Part shown: piece after piece, positions 1 to 8,734 of the stretch
Numbering within the stretch: the first letter of the stretch is position 1
Layout: the number at the start of each line of letters is the position of its first letter
NCBI RefSeq assembly: GCF_036588685.1
Contig: NC_086382.1
Coordinates: forward strand, 46,810,001 to 46,874,000
DNA: 64,000 nt
Origin: Mytilus trossulus
Lineage: Eukaryota
Direction of reading: 5' to 3'
Position numbers and translations under genes: made by a program
The notes under the pieces: generated by a model
Databases searched by the model: none
Told to the model about the DNA's origin: nothing
What the model saw: only the letters and a program-made list of their open reading frames with translations

Positions 1-767
1 TAACGCGCGTATGTTATTTCGAGTAGACAGACAAAATATTACAGTCATTTCTTAAATTCTAAATTCCATTTTAAACCGTAGATAACCATGAAAAAAACGT
101 TGATGACGTCACGGTCACATGACTAAATTATGTCTAAGAGCTCATAACAAAATAACGTCAGCCAATCAGAAGACGCGTTACATCCAAAATTAAATTATTT
201 ATCATTATTTGAATGATATTGGTTAACCTAAGTACGATGCACATCTAATAGGCATGATAGACAACAGGAAAGATGCGAGCTTTATAAATGAAATGTAGTG
301 TAGCAGACATAACATAGAAACATACTTACCCGGCAAATGATAAGAGCAACGCAACCGGACGTATATTCGAAATAAAAAAAGAGGCTATAAACTATTTAAG
401 ATTTCTTCTGAAGTAACGTTTTTAATCTAAATGTGTAGTTAAATCGCGATCGCAGCTATTGTTTCTTTTACAATGATAGATATGCTTTACGTCAATGTCA
501 GTTAATCGGGTTGTCTGCTTTTGGGCATTGTTATGTTGATCCCTATTATAGGTTTTATTGTTGTTGCTGCCTCGGAAACTCAGTGTAAAAATAGAAAGCT
601 TGAAATAAACAAGGATACATATATTTACTTGCAATGCTCAACACAGACAGTATAACTAGTGAAGTCGAAACTGCTCCCCTAGAAGAGGGCCTGATTTCAT
701 GTACGGTTTCTGCATTCTGCTCAATCTTAAGTTTTGTGAGGACCTTTATCATTTTACTGTCATTTAA

Positions 768-1316
768 GGAATAACAGTACTGTAGTTGAAGAGTTGCCAC
801 CGTCAATTGTAGATTTGACGGTCGCAAATGCAGTTTTACTGGCGACGCGTAGCGGAGACAGTAAAACGGAGATCTGCGACCGTCAAATCAAAATTGACGG
901 TGGCAACTTTTCAACTACAGTACTGTTATTCCGATTCTAATGCATTACAAAAAGAAATAATACGAAAAAACTTGAAAAAAGACCTAAATTTTGACAAATA
1001 AGAAAAATCCGCGAAACTTCATGAATGATTTTGGCGCAAAGACGTCATGGCTAAACGTGACGTCATACAAATGAAAACTTACAAACTCGAGATTATTACG
1101 TTACCTGTACGATTCAAATTCGGATAAAATTATATTAAAACGGCGAATTCGAGGTAGGTGTTGTTTAATTTTCGATTATATAGTAGTAATCGAACATTTG
1201 TTGATTCAACAATTCAAAATGTCGGGTCCATCCTTAGTTACGCCTAGTCTACTGTGGATTTGACGGCAACTTTTAGCCAATGAAAGGAATTGTTACATAT
1301 AAATTGCATTAGAATC
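768..1316. mobile_element. Hairpin-type non-autonomous element (possibly Crypton-like); related copy at 22515-22834
   Basis: A ~75-bp inverted repeat at 768-932 surrounds the spacer ggcgacgcgtagcggagac. A second IR follows (gattctaatgca ... tgcattagaatc). The same architecture and spacer occur at 22540-22834. No TSD was seen. Confidence 0.6.
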
Positions 1317-2025
1317 ATTGATTAATGGGGGTATTTCTTTTTTATATCCTTTATGTATTATTTGGTATACTATGATATCAGCAGATTATGTGCTACAAAC
1401 ACTTATTTAATATTTGTTGTAATAAAAAGTTAAATCATAATTAAACCTTTTTATTGGATACCGCAATCTATTTCTGAGATACTTATAGAATATATTCAAG
1501 TTGGAAAATTTGATTACACACAAATACAATGATTTGATTCGATTGGTTTTATTGGAAACTCAAAAACCTCGCTCCCATTTGTAGCAAATAATTCACCAGA
1601 CATGTAATTGTAAAAGAATGCATATTTGATCTTTTATTTGATATATATAATATTTTATTATATCATAATAACTCTTTATTTGTCGTTAATTGCATGGATT
1701 CTATATATGGAAATGTCGCGTGACATTCATAAGATACTTATATCAGATCATAATTACCGACATGCGTCTTATCACTTCAACAAGAGGAGCAGAAGCTATA
1801 GAGATAACGTTAAGGGTAACTAACGTAATAGTCGGAGCACTTTAGTTTTTATTACATATACTTAATACCAGTATAGTTCAAAAGTAGTCAATAGTTTCTC
1901 AATTGAATTGTTTCATATTGTTCTTGTCGGGGCTTTTTGTAGACGACTTTACGGTATGGGGTGTTCTCATTGTTGAGGCCATAAGGATGCCTGTAATTAC
2001 TTACGCCCACTTCATTTGAACTTAA

Positions 2026-2895
2026 GGGCATACGATACAGTTACAGGGAAGGTAATGACGTTGCTAACGTAATTTGTTATTTTCGCGACGTCAAACAGTG
2101 ACATATCGGGCAAAGATGCATTTTTCGACTGATTTTCATCATTCAAACTGATTTAATTTGAAAACGAGTTCATGGACCCCTATTTTTCAAAACGGCATTT
2201 TGTTTTATTTTTCAGGGAGATTATGTGAACCAAAATTTATAAAACTGTAAATAGAGGATTTTTTTTAATTTTGATAAACATGCAGTAAAAAATGACGTTT
2301 TTTCCTCAATTCATGAACATTTGATAAATATGAGTTATTTCTGAATAAAAAGTTGCATATTTTTTAGGATATTTATAAAATATAGAAATTACCGATTATT
2401 TAACAAAAAACAATTTGTGTTTATCTTTTATAACAAAAAAGTTATGTCTTTCTTTCGAAAAAGAAATTACAGCCACAAATCTGAATTTATAAAAGATAAA
2501 CACAAATTGTTTTTTGTTAAATAATCAGTAATTTCTGTAATTTATAAGTATCCTAAAAAATTATGCATTTTTTATTCAGAAATAACTCATATTTATCAAA
2601 TATTCATGAATTGAGGAAAATACGTCATTTTTTGCTGCATGTTTATCAAAATTTAAAAAAAATCCTCTATTTACAGTTTTATAAAATTTGGGTCACATAA
2701 TCTCCCTGCAAAATGAAACAAATTGCTGTTTTGAAAAATAGGGGTCCATGAACTCGTTTTCAAATTAAATCAGTTTGAATGATAAAAATCAGTCGAAAAA
2801 TGCATCTTTGCCCGATATGTCACAGTTTGACGTCGCGAAAATAACATTTTACGTTAGCAACGTCATTACCTCCCCTGTAACTGTATCGTATGCCC
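2026..2895. mobile_element. Fold-back MITE with TTAA TSD (Kolobok-type termini)
   Basis: ttaa|gggcatacgatacagttacaggg ... cccctgtaactgtatcgtatgccc|ttaa. The inverted arms are ~400 bp (about 2026-2430 and 2486-2895). It splits a copy of the common dispersed repeat. Confidence 0.9.
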
Positions 2896-3084
2896 TTAAG
2901 TGTATAATTGTCTCATTGGCAATCATAACACAAGGGATTGCAGGTAAAAACGAACAAATTAACTTTATATAAATTGTTTGAACTCAATTCTGTATTTCGG
3001 TTTGTAACTGTAACAGCCTTTTAATGTTTACCTTTTGCACATACTAAAAAAGTGTTATATATTTGTTTTTCGTTAATTTTTTTA

Positions 3085-3288
3085 CATAAATAAGGCCGTT
3101 AGTTTTCTCATTTGAGTTGTTTTACATTGTCTTATCGGGGCCTTTTATAGCTGACTATGCGGTATGGGCTTTGCTCATTGTTGAAGGCCGTACGGTGACA
3201 TAGAGTTGTTAATGTTTGTGTCATTTTTGTCTTTTGTGGATAGTTGCCTCATTGGTAATGATACCACATCTTCTTTTTTTTATATTAT
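3085..3288 (+). repeat. High-copy dispersed repeat (ends ...gttgtctcattggcaatcataccacatcttct); at least 10 copies or fragments in the window
   Basis: The same motif occurs at ~1890-2930 (split), 15470-15600, 17910-18005, 20190-20330(-), 29335-29600(-), 33760-33990, 48820-48905(-), 58420-58470, 59025-59120(-) and 60505-60615(-). Confidence 0.85.
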
Positions 3289-3502
3289 TAGCACCGGTTT
3301 CGTCTTTGAATGTATTCAATGGGATTTTTCCCACTGTTAAACAGTTTAGAACGGTGTTATTAAGCGGAGAAGCCTTATTCCACTAGTCTTGGGAAGTAAA
3401 ACTTGAGTAACTTCGGAACCTGCTCACACCCACTGTCCATCTGTGTATTGATCTCTTCCTCGTAACCAGAACATCTCGTTCCAGAAAGCACATGTAGAAA
3501 AA
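3288..3502 (-). pseudogene. Decayed C-type lectin domain exon
   Basis: Translation on - gives FWLRGRDQYTDGQWV*AGSE, then after a frameshift *WNKASPLNNTVLNCLTV...FKDET. This matches the CTLD pattern (F/W)WxGxxD...EGxWxW...W..P.N...C, but with stops. An AG acceptor sits at 3503-3504; a repeat truncates the exon at ~3288. Confidence 0.5.
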
Positions 3503-3744
3503 CTAAATTTGAATAGCTGTTATAAAGATTGACGATTCCAAGTGTATTGCAACAGATGAATTTCTACAATTAACTTCACTTCAGTAATGTTATTATAGGC
3601 CACAATATTTGAAAGTCCTAACACTAATACAAATGTTGAAAAAAAGAACCAAAAGAGTTTTCTAGTGACAAGAAGTCAACGCCATACACAATGGAGATAA
3701 ATTTTCAAAATTTCATAATTGCAAATTTTAGTATAACATTTGTT

Positions 3745-3948
3745 GAATCATGCCAGTGCATAACTTATTGGCACTATTATATATCTCATGGCGGTCAGTT
3801 TTCATTGTTTAATGAAACCAGAGAGAACCACCTAACCTCGGCATGAAACTGACGATCTTTGTTAAACAAAGATTGGAGATTAACGCACCTGTCGCGTACG
3901 GGATTCGGACTCAAAACCTCATTGTAGACATATTCTAGTGATACAGTT
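3745..3948 (-). mobile_element. tRNA-derived SINE-like remnant interrupted by the LINE
   Basis: Degenerate B-box on - (gagtccgaatccc, ~3900-3912) followed by a ...gagaaccacc... SINE-type body. The LINE TSD sits at its edge. Confidence 0.45.
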
Positions 3949-3971
3949 CTTCTTCTTCTTCTTCCAGGTAA

Positions 3972-4005
3972 GGAACCGGATTCATTGCTGAATGTTAATG
4001 GTTCC
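3972..4005 (-). other. LINE 3'-terminal RNA stem-loop
   Basis: On -: GGAACC-ATTAAC-ATTCA-GCAA-TGAAT-CC-GGTTCC, an outer 6-bp stem plus an inner 5-bp stem with a GNRA tetraloop, just before the (AAG)n tail. Confidence 0.7.
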
Positions 4006-4123
4006 GCGCGAAAACTTTACGCAGTGTCGGGCAACACAGAAAGATTTCTCTTGGCTATTTACAAATTACATTTAAAACGTTCGCAAAAAAATATACAATT
4101 AAAATTATTTACAACTGGTTTTC

Positions 4124-7100
4124 CTACTTCCTTTCAGAGCATGCCTTCAGGGCAGCTCTGAATCCCTCAACGGTGTTGGTCGCTGTAACTGTTGTTGGTA
4201 GGTTGTTCCAGTCCCTGATTGTCCTCGGGAAGAAAGATTGGCCATAGGTGTCTGTACTTGTTCTTTCTTGGAAGAAGCGGTTTTTACCTCTGGTCCGGTT
4301 ATCATTCGGGGTCAAATATTGGTGACGGTCTATATCAATAAGTTCATGCTGGATCTTGAATAGCATGCACAATCTATTTGCTTTCCTCCGTTCTTCGAGG
4401 CTTTCCCACTTTAGATTTTTAACCATATTTGTGACACAGCCAGGTGTTCGGTCTGTGTAGTTGTTATTCACAAATCGTGCTGCTCTTTTCTGCACCTGTT
4501 CAATTGCCTTGATTTTATTTTGGGCGGTTGGGTCCCATACTGTGCTTGCATATTCCACTGCAGGTCTTACCATGGACACATATGCAGCTGCTTTTACAGG
4601 TTTTGTACAGCCTTTGAGGTTTCTACGTATAAACCCCAACGTTCTGTTTCCTTTGCCTACTGTATTGTCTATGTGTTTATCCCATGTTAGGTTGTTGCTG
4701 ATGGTTACTCCAAGATATTTACTTGCTTCCTCTGTGTCTAGAGTATGACCGTGAAGATGGTACGATGTTTGTATCACTGGTCTATTTTTGGGGGATATTC
4801 TAATGACAAGGCATTTTTTGGCATTAAAACTCATCTGCCATTTGTTTTCCCAGTCTTCCAATGCTGTTAAGTCCTTTTGTAGAAGTTCACTGTCAGCTTG
4901 GTTGGTGATGGTACGAAAGAGAAGGCTGTCATCCGCGAACAATTTGGTCTCTGATGTAGATGCTGTTTCTGGCATGTCATTAATGTAGGCCAGGAACAGT
5001 AATGGACCAAGGACTGTGCCTTGGGGTACACCAGAGAGTACTGGTACTTGTGAAGAGACGGCACCCTCTAATATCACGCTCTGTTTTCTGTTATGTAGGA
5101 AGGAGCGAATCCATTTATTGGTTTTGGGGTTGACGCCGTAGTATTCCAACTTGTGTAGGAGGCGGTGATGTGGTACCTTGTCAAATGCTTTTGCAAAGTC
5201 AAGCAGGATGATGTCTACTTGGCCGCTACTTTTTAATTTCGATGCAATGTCGTTGATGGTTACGATTAGTTGGGATTCGCATGATCGTCTTTTGCGGAAT
5301 CCGTGTTGTGCATCAGTTAGTATTTTATTTTTGTCAAAGTGGTCCATGATGTTGCTATGTACAATATGTTCTAAGACCTTACATGTGATGGAAGTTAGAG
5401 ATACTGGTCTGTAGTTAGATGCTAGGTGCCTTTCGTCTTTTTTAAAAAGTGGAACTACATTGGCATCTCTCCAATCTTGCGGGACTTCACCAGTGTTCAA
5501 TGATGTTTGATATAGGTCTGTGAGTATAGGAGCAAGTTGTTCTGCTGCTGCTTTCAGTATAAAGGCTGGTATTGAATCGGGACCAGTAGCTTTATGCGGT
5601 TTTAGGTTTTTTAATAATTTGTGGACTCCGTTGGTACTAATTTTTATGTCCTTCATGGTGGAGTATGGACTTTTACCTTTATCTGGAAAGTTATTTAGGT
5701 TTTCTTTGGTAAATACCGACTGGAATTGGTCGTTTAAAATGTCAGCTTTGCTCTTGTTATCACTTTGCAGAAATCCCATTTTGTTTTTTAGCGGTGCCAC
5801 TCCTGTCCATTCCTGACCTTTGCTCTTGATATAAGACCAGAATTTCTTTGCATTATCTCTATAGTCTGAACTGACCTCTTCCATATACTTCTTGTTGGCT
5901 TGACGGACCTCCCACTGCACTTCTTGTTGTAGTCTTTTATACCTATCCTTGTCTCTTTTCTTTTTAGTTTTTCTCGCCTTCTTGTGTGCTTTCTGCTTTT
6001 GGTTTATTTTGCGTCTAATGGTTGTATTGATCCATGGATGAGTGTTTCTTCCAAGTGTCATTTTCGTTGGTACTCTTTTCTTTATGGTGGTTTGTACAGC
6101 TGTTTTAAATGCCTGCCATAAAGACTCAACGCTTCTATCTTTGATGTTTTTGAAGGTAGTTATAAAGTTTTGTAGATCTTCCTTTATATTATGTATTTCC
6201 GCTTGTTTCCATAGAAATATTTTTCTTCTGACTGGTTTAGGTTTAAGTGGTTTACAAGCCATATCTAGGAGGACGATGTCATGGTCGCTGTTTCCTATTG
6301 ATGGTAATGGTTTGCATCTTAATTTAAATGAAGGATGAGATGTAAGCAATAAATCTAGGGTATTCTCTTTTCGTGTTGGGAAGTCCACAATTTGTTCTAG
6401 CCCGTTGTCAGCTACAAGTTCCAAGAATGCCTGGTTGGTTCTGGTAGGATACTGTCTATGGTCTATAGTTTGTTCTGCCCAGTTGATATCGGGTAAGTTG
6501 AAATCGCCACCAATAAGGAATATGTCTTTTTGATGTTTTGATCTGATGTTATTTATTTCGTCTTTCATTTTATTCAGGTAGGTGTCATCTGTTTTATCAG
6601 GTGGTCGATAAAAAGCACCTATGAGCATTTTCTTTTTTCCTTCTAAGTTAATAGTGCCAGTTAGTAGTTCTATTTCAGTGCTTTTTATGATGTTACCCAG
6701 CTGTAATGTTTGTTTAGCTGCTATCAATACCCCTCCATGGGGGTCCTTTGGGCGATCTCGGCGTTCCGTGTCATAATGGAAGTAGTCTGGTATAATCTCG
6801 CTTGATTTGATGTTTGGATCAAGCCAGGTTTCCGTGCCTATTATTACATCTGGCTCAGTTGACTCAATGATTGCTTCGAGTAGTTTTCCTTTTTTTCTGA
6901 GACTTTGAAAATTGATGTTTAATATTCTTAACTGTTTTTTAGTGGCTGGTTTGGTTTTAGTTGGTTTTGGTGATGATGTCATGATCGGTATATCAGTGCT
7001 GAAAGATGTTGTGTTGAATGATGGTGAATTAATGCTGGAACCTGATGTTGATGGTATTGATGCTTCTGATATACTGTCCATCATTAATGGATTGGTCGAT

Positions 7101-7672
7101 ATATTTTGTGTTGAGTGCTTGCTGTCATCTCCATTTGGTATAAAATATATTTTGGTTGAAGAATTGTTTGGTTTGCAGCAAGATGGGCAAGTCCATGTGT
7201 CTTCACTTTTGCCTAGGTTGCTGTATTCTGATGTTGACATACCAATGCAGTTTCTATGTGTCCACTTATCGCAGTCGTCACAAGCTATGGATTCTATTTT
7301 ACATGCTCTTTGACATATCGTGCAAGGGAATCTTGGTCGTCTTGGTCCTGGGTTTGTCTCTATGCCACTCAGTAAGAGTAAGATGAGTCTTTGTGTACTC
7401 CTCTCTCGGACAGTTTTAAATTTTTGTTGAGTCAATTGAATATGTTTTTTACAGCTTTTTATCCAGTAGTAAGTTTGTACAGATGATGTTACTGGGCTTA
7501 GATGGTGTTCAGATAGGTATATATTTACCCCTTCTAGAGCATGGTTTTTATAGATGCAGTCCTGATGTGTTGGTTTGTATTTATGTTGTGGGGTAAGTAT
7601 TACTTGGTTAACAGTAAAAGCTTGTCTTGTCCAAAGAATAAGTGTAAGCATAAATACAGTATAATAAAACAT
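4124..7672 (-). CDS. LINE ORF2 (1182 aa): hydrophobic leader, 2A-like motif, PHD finger, apurinic-like endonuclease, reverse transcriptase
   Basis: Motifs in order: LLLLSGIETNPGP (aa 98-110); C4HC3 PHD CTIC..CDDCDKWTHRNC..WTCPSC; APE motifs ILNINFQS, GTETW, GGDFNLP, LDLLLT, SDH; RT motifs NYRPVSLTS, QHGFR, LDFAKAFDKV, GVPQGTVLGPLLF, LFADD, YLGV; C-terminal SFFPRTIRDWNNLP. Confidence 0.96.
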   Translation of the reverse strand: MFYYTVFMLTLILWTRQAFTVNQVILTPQHKYKPTHQDCIYKNHALEGVNIYLSEHHLSPVTSSVQTYYWIKSCKKHIQLTQQKFKTVRERSTQRLILLLLSGIETNPGPRRPRFPCTICQRACKIESIACDDCDKWTHRNCIGMSTSEYSNLGKSEDTWTCPSCCKPNNSSTKIYFIPNGDDSKHSTQNISTNPLMMDSISEASIPSTSGSSINSPSFNTTSFSTDIPIMTSSPKPTKTKPATKKQLRILNINFQSLRKKGKLLEAIIESTEPDVIIGTETWLDPNIKSSEIIPDYFHYDTERRDRPKDPHGGVLIAAKQTLQLGNIIKSTEIELLTGTINLEGKKKMLIGAFYRPPDKTDDTYLNKMKDEINNIRSKHQKDIFLIGGDFNLPDINWAEQTIDHRQYPTRTNQAFLELVADNGLEQIVDFPTRKENTLDLLLTSHPSFKLRCKPLPSIGNSDHDIVLLDMACKPLKPKPVRRKIFLWKQAEIHNIKEDLQNFITTFKNIKDRSVESLWQAFKTAVQTTIKKRVPTKMTLGRNTHPWINTTIRRKINQKQKAHKKARKTKKKRDKDRYKRLQQEVQWEVRQANKKYMEEVSSDYRDNAKKFWSYIKSKGQEWTGVAPLKNKMGFLQSDNKSKADILNDQFQSVFTKENLNNFPDKGKSPYSTMKDIKISTNGVHKLLKNLKPHKATGPDSIPAFILKAAAEQLAPILTDLYQTSLNTGEVPQDWRDANVVPLFKKDERHLASNYRPVSLTSITCKVLEHIVHSNIMDHFDKNKILTDAQHGFRKRRSCESQLIVTINDIASKLKSSGQVDIILLDFAKAFDKVPHHRLLHKLEYYGVNPKTNKWIRSFLHNRKQSVILEGAVSSQVPVLSGVPQGTVLGPLLFLAYINDMPETASTSETKLFADDSLLFRTITNQADSELLQKDLTALEDWENKWQMSFNAKKCLVIRISPKNRPVIQTSYHLHGHTLDTEEASKYLGVTISNNLTWDKHIDNTVGKGNRTLGFIRRNLKGCTKPVKAAAYVSMVRPAVEYASTVWDPTAQNKIKAIEQVQKRAARFVNNNYTDRTPGCVTNMVKNLKWESLEERRKANRLCMLFKIQHELIDIDRHQYLTPNDNRTRGKNRFFQERTSTDTYGQSFFPRTIRDWNNLPTTVTATNTVEGFRAALKACSERK

Positions 7673-7954
7673 TTCGGTTGATGATAATGTATCTTATACT
7701 AACGGTACTTACAATATTATGGGTGTTCCAATCTGAGTCTTTGTGTTATTTTCAATCTGAGTCTTTGTGTTCTATTCAATCACTTCAAGAGTCCAGTTCT
7801 GGAAGAGAAAACATTGGTTGAGTGTTTTGTGTGGTGATCCTATACAAGAGGTAAGTAGCAAAACCTGATAAGATTAACTCACCTAGAATTTTACTACTCG
7901 TCTTGTCTGTTCACTTTTGGCACCTTTGTTTTCTTGGTAGCTTGAAGATGTTGT

Positions 7955-8734
7955 TTAGAATAAGGAGTTCAATTCCTCTTGTTCGACTCGGATTTGAATA
8001 AATTCAGATTCTTGGTCAATTGTGAAGCATTCGGTATACGTGTCCAGCAAGATGTTTTTAGTAATCGCTAGACTCAGTAGACGTCCAGGATGTATGCCGT
8101 CCTTGTTGTTGATTGACAGGTTGACTGATTTTCGTGTTTGTCCTTTCCTTCTCTTGCGCCCTCTGAAAAAGTATTTGCTTATTTTGACTGATGTTTTGTT
8201 GAGTCTTCTGTTGAGTTCATATATTTTACCATTTAGTTCCTGTATTTGTTTTGTCGCTAGGAAATCCTCAACTTTGTATGTTTCTGGTCTTTTATGTCCT
8301 TTACTCTTGTTCCAGTTTGATATTGAAATAAGTGGGCAATCGATAAATTTTATTTCAGCATGTTGATAACTGTCAATAATACTTATAGCTCTTTTGTATT
8401 GATCTTCTATAATTTTGATTGCTCTGTTGTTATGAAATTTCAATTTTATATATTTTCCTTCCTTTGTGGTGAGATCACAGGTCCCGGACCAGAGGTAAAT
8501 AATGATGTGGTGGTGTCGCTTGATGGCTTTTGCAATTCTAGTTTTTATCAGGTTAACAAGTACTTCGGTTGTTGCCCCCGATTTACACCAAGTTTCTAGT
8601 GGAAATTCTTTTTGTAAGCAATTGTTCCGTAGGGTATAGCCTTTGCTGTCGGAGACTAAGATTGCAGTTTTGTGTTGGAAGCCATGAGGAAATTGTGGCT
8701 GGTCTGCAATGTATTTTTCTAATTTTCTGCTCAT
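7955..8734 (-). CDS. LINE ORF1 (259 aa), SGNH/GDSL esterase-like
   Basis: SGNH blocks in order: ILVSDSKG (I, catalytic Ser), KSGAT (II), IYLWSGTCD (III), KDGIHP (V, DxxH). There is a basic RGRKRRKG patch. It lies upstream of ORF2 on the same strand, inside the TSD-bounded element. Confidence 0.85.
   Translation of the reverse strand: MSRKLEKYIADQPQFPHGFQHKTAILVSDSKGYTLRNNCLQKEFPLETWCKSGATTEVLVNLIKTRIAKAIKRHHHIIIYLWSGTCDLTTKEGKYIKLKFHNNRAIKIIEDQYKRAISIIDSYQHAEIKFIDCPLISISNWNKSKGHKRPETYKVEDFLATKQIQELNGKIYELNRRLNKTSVKISKYFFRGRKRRKGQTRKSVNLSINNKDGIHPGRLLSLAITKNILLDTYTECFTIDQESEFIQIRVEQEELNSLF

Noticed and set aside
330-660. Possible - strand exon ending at the donor CGG|GTAAGT (329)
   Set aside because: The donor is good, but no convincing ORF or homology is visible. 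It could be a non-coding first exon of a gene to the left, which cannot be supported from this window.
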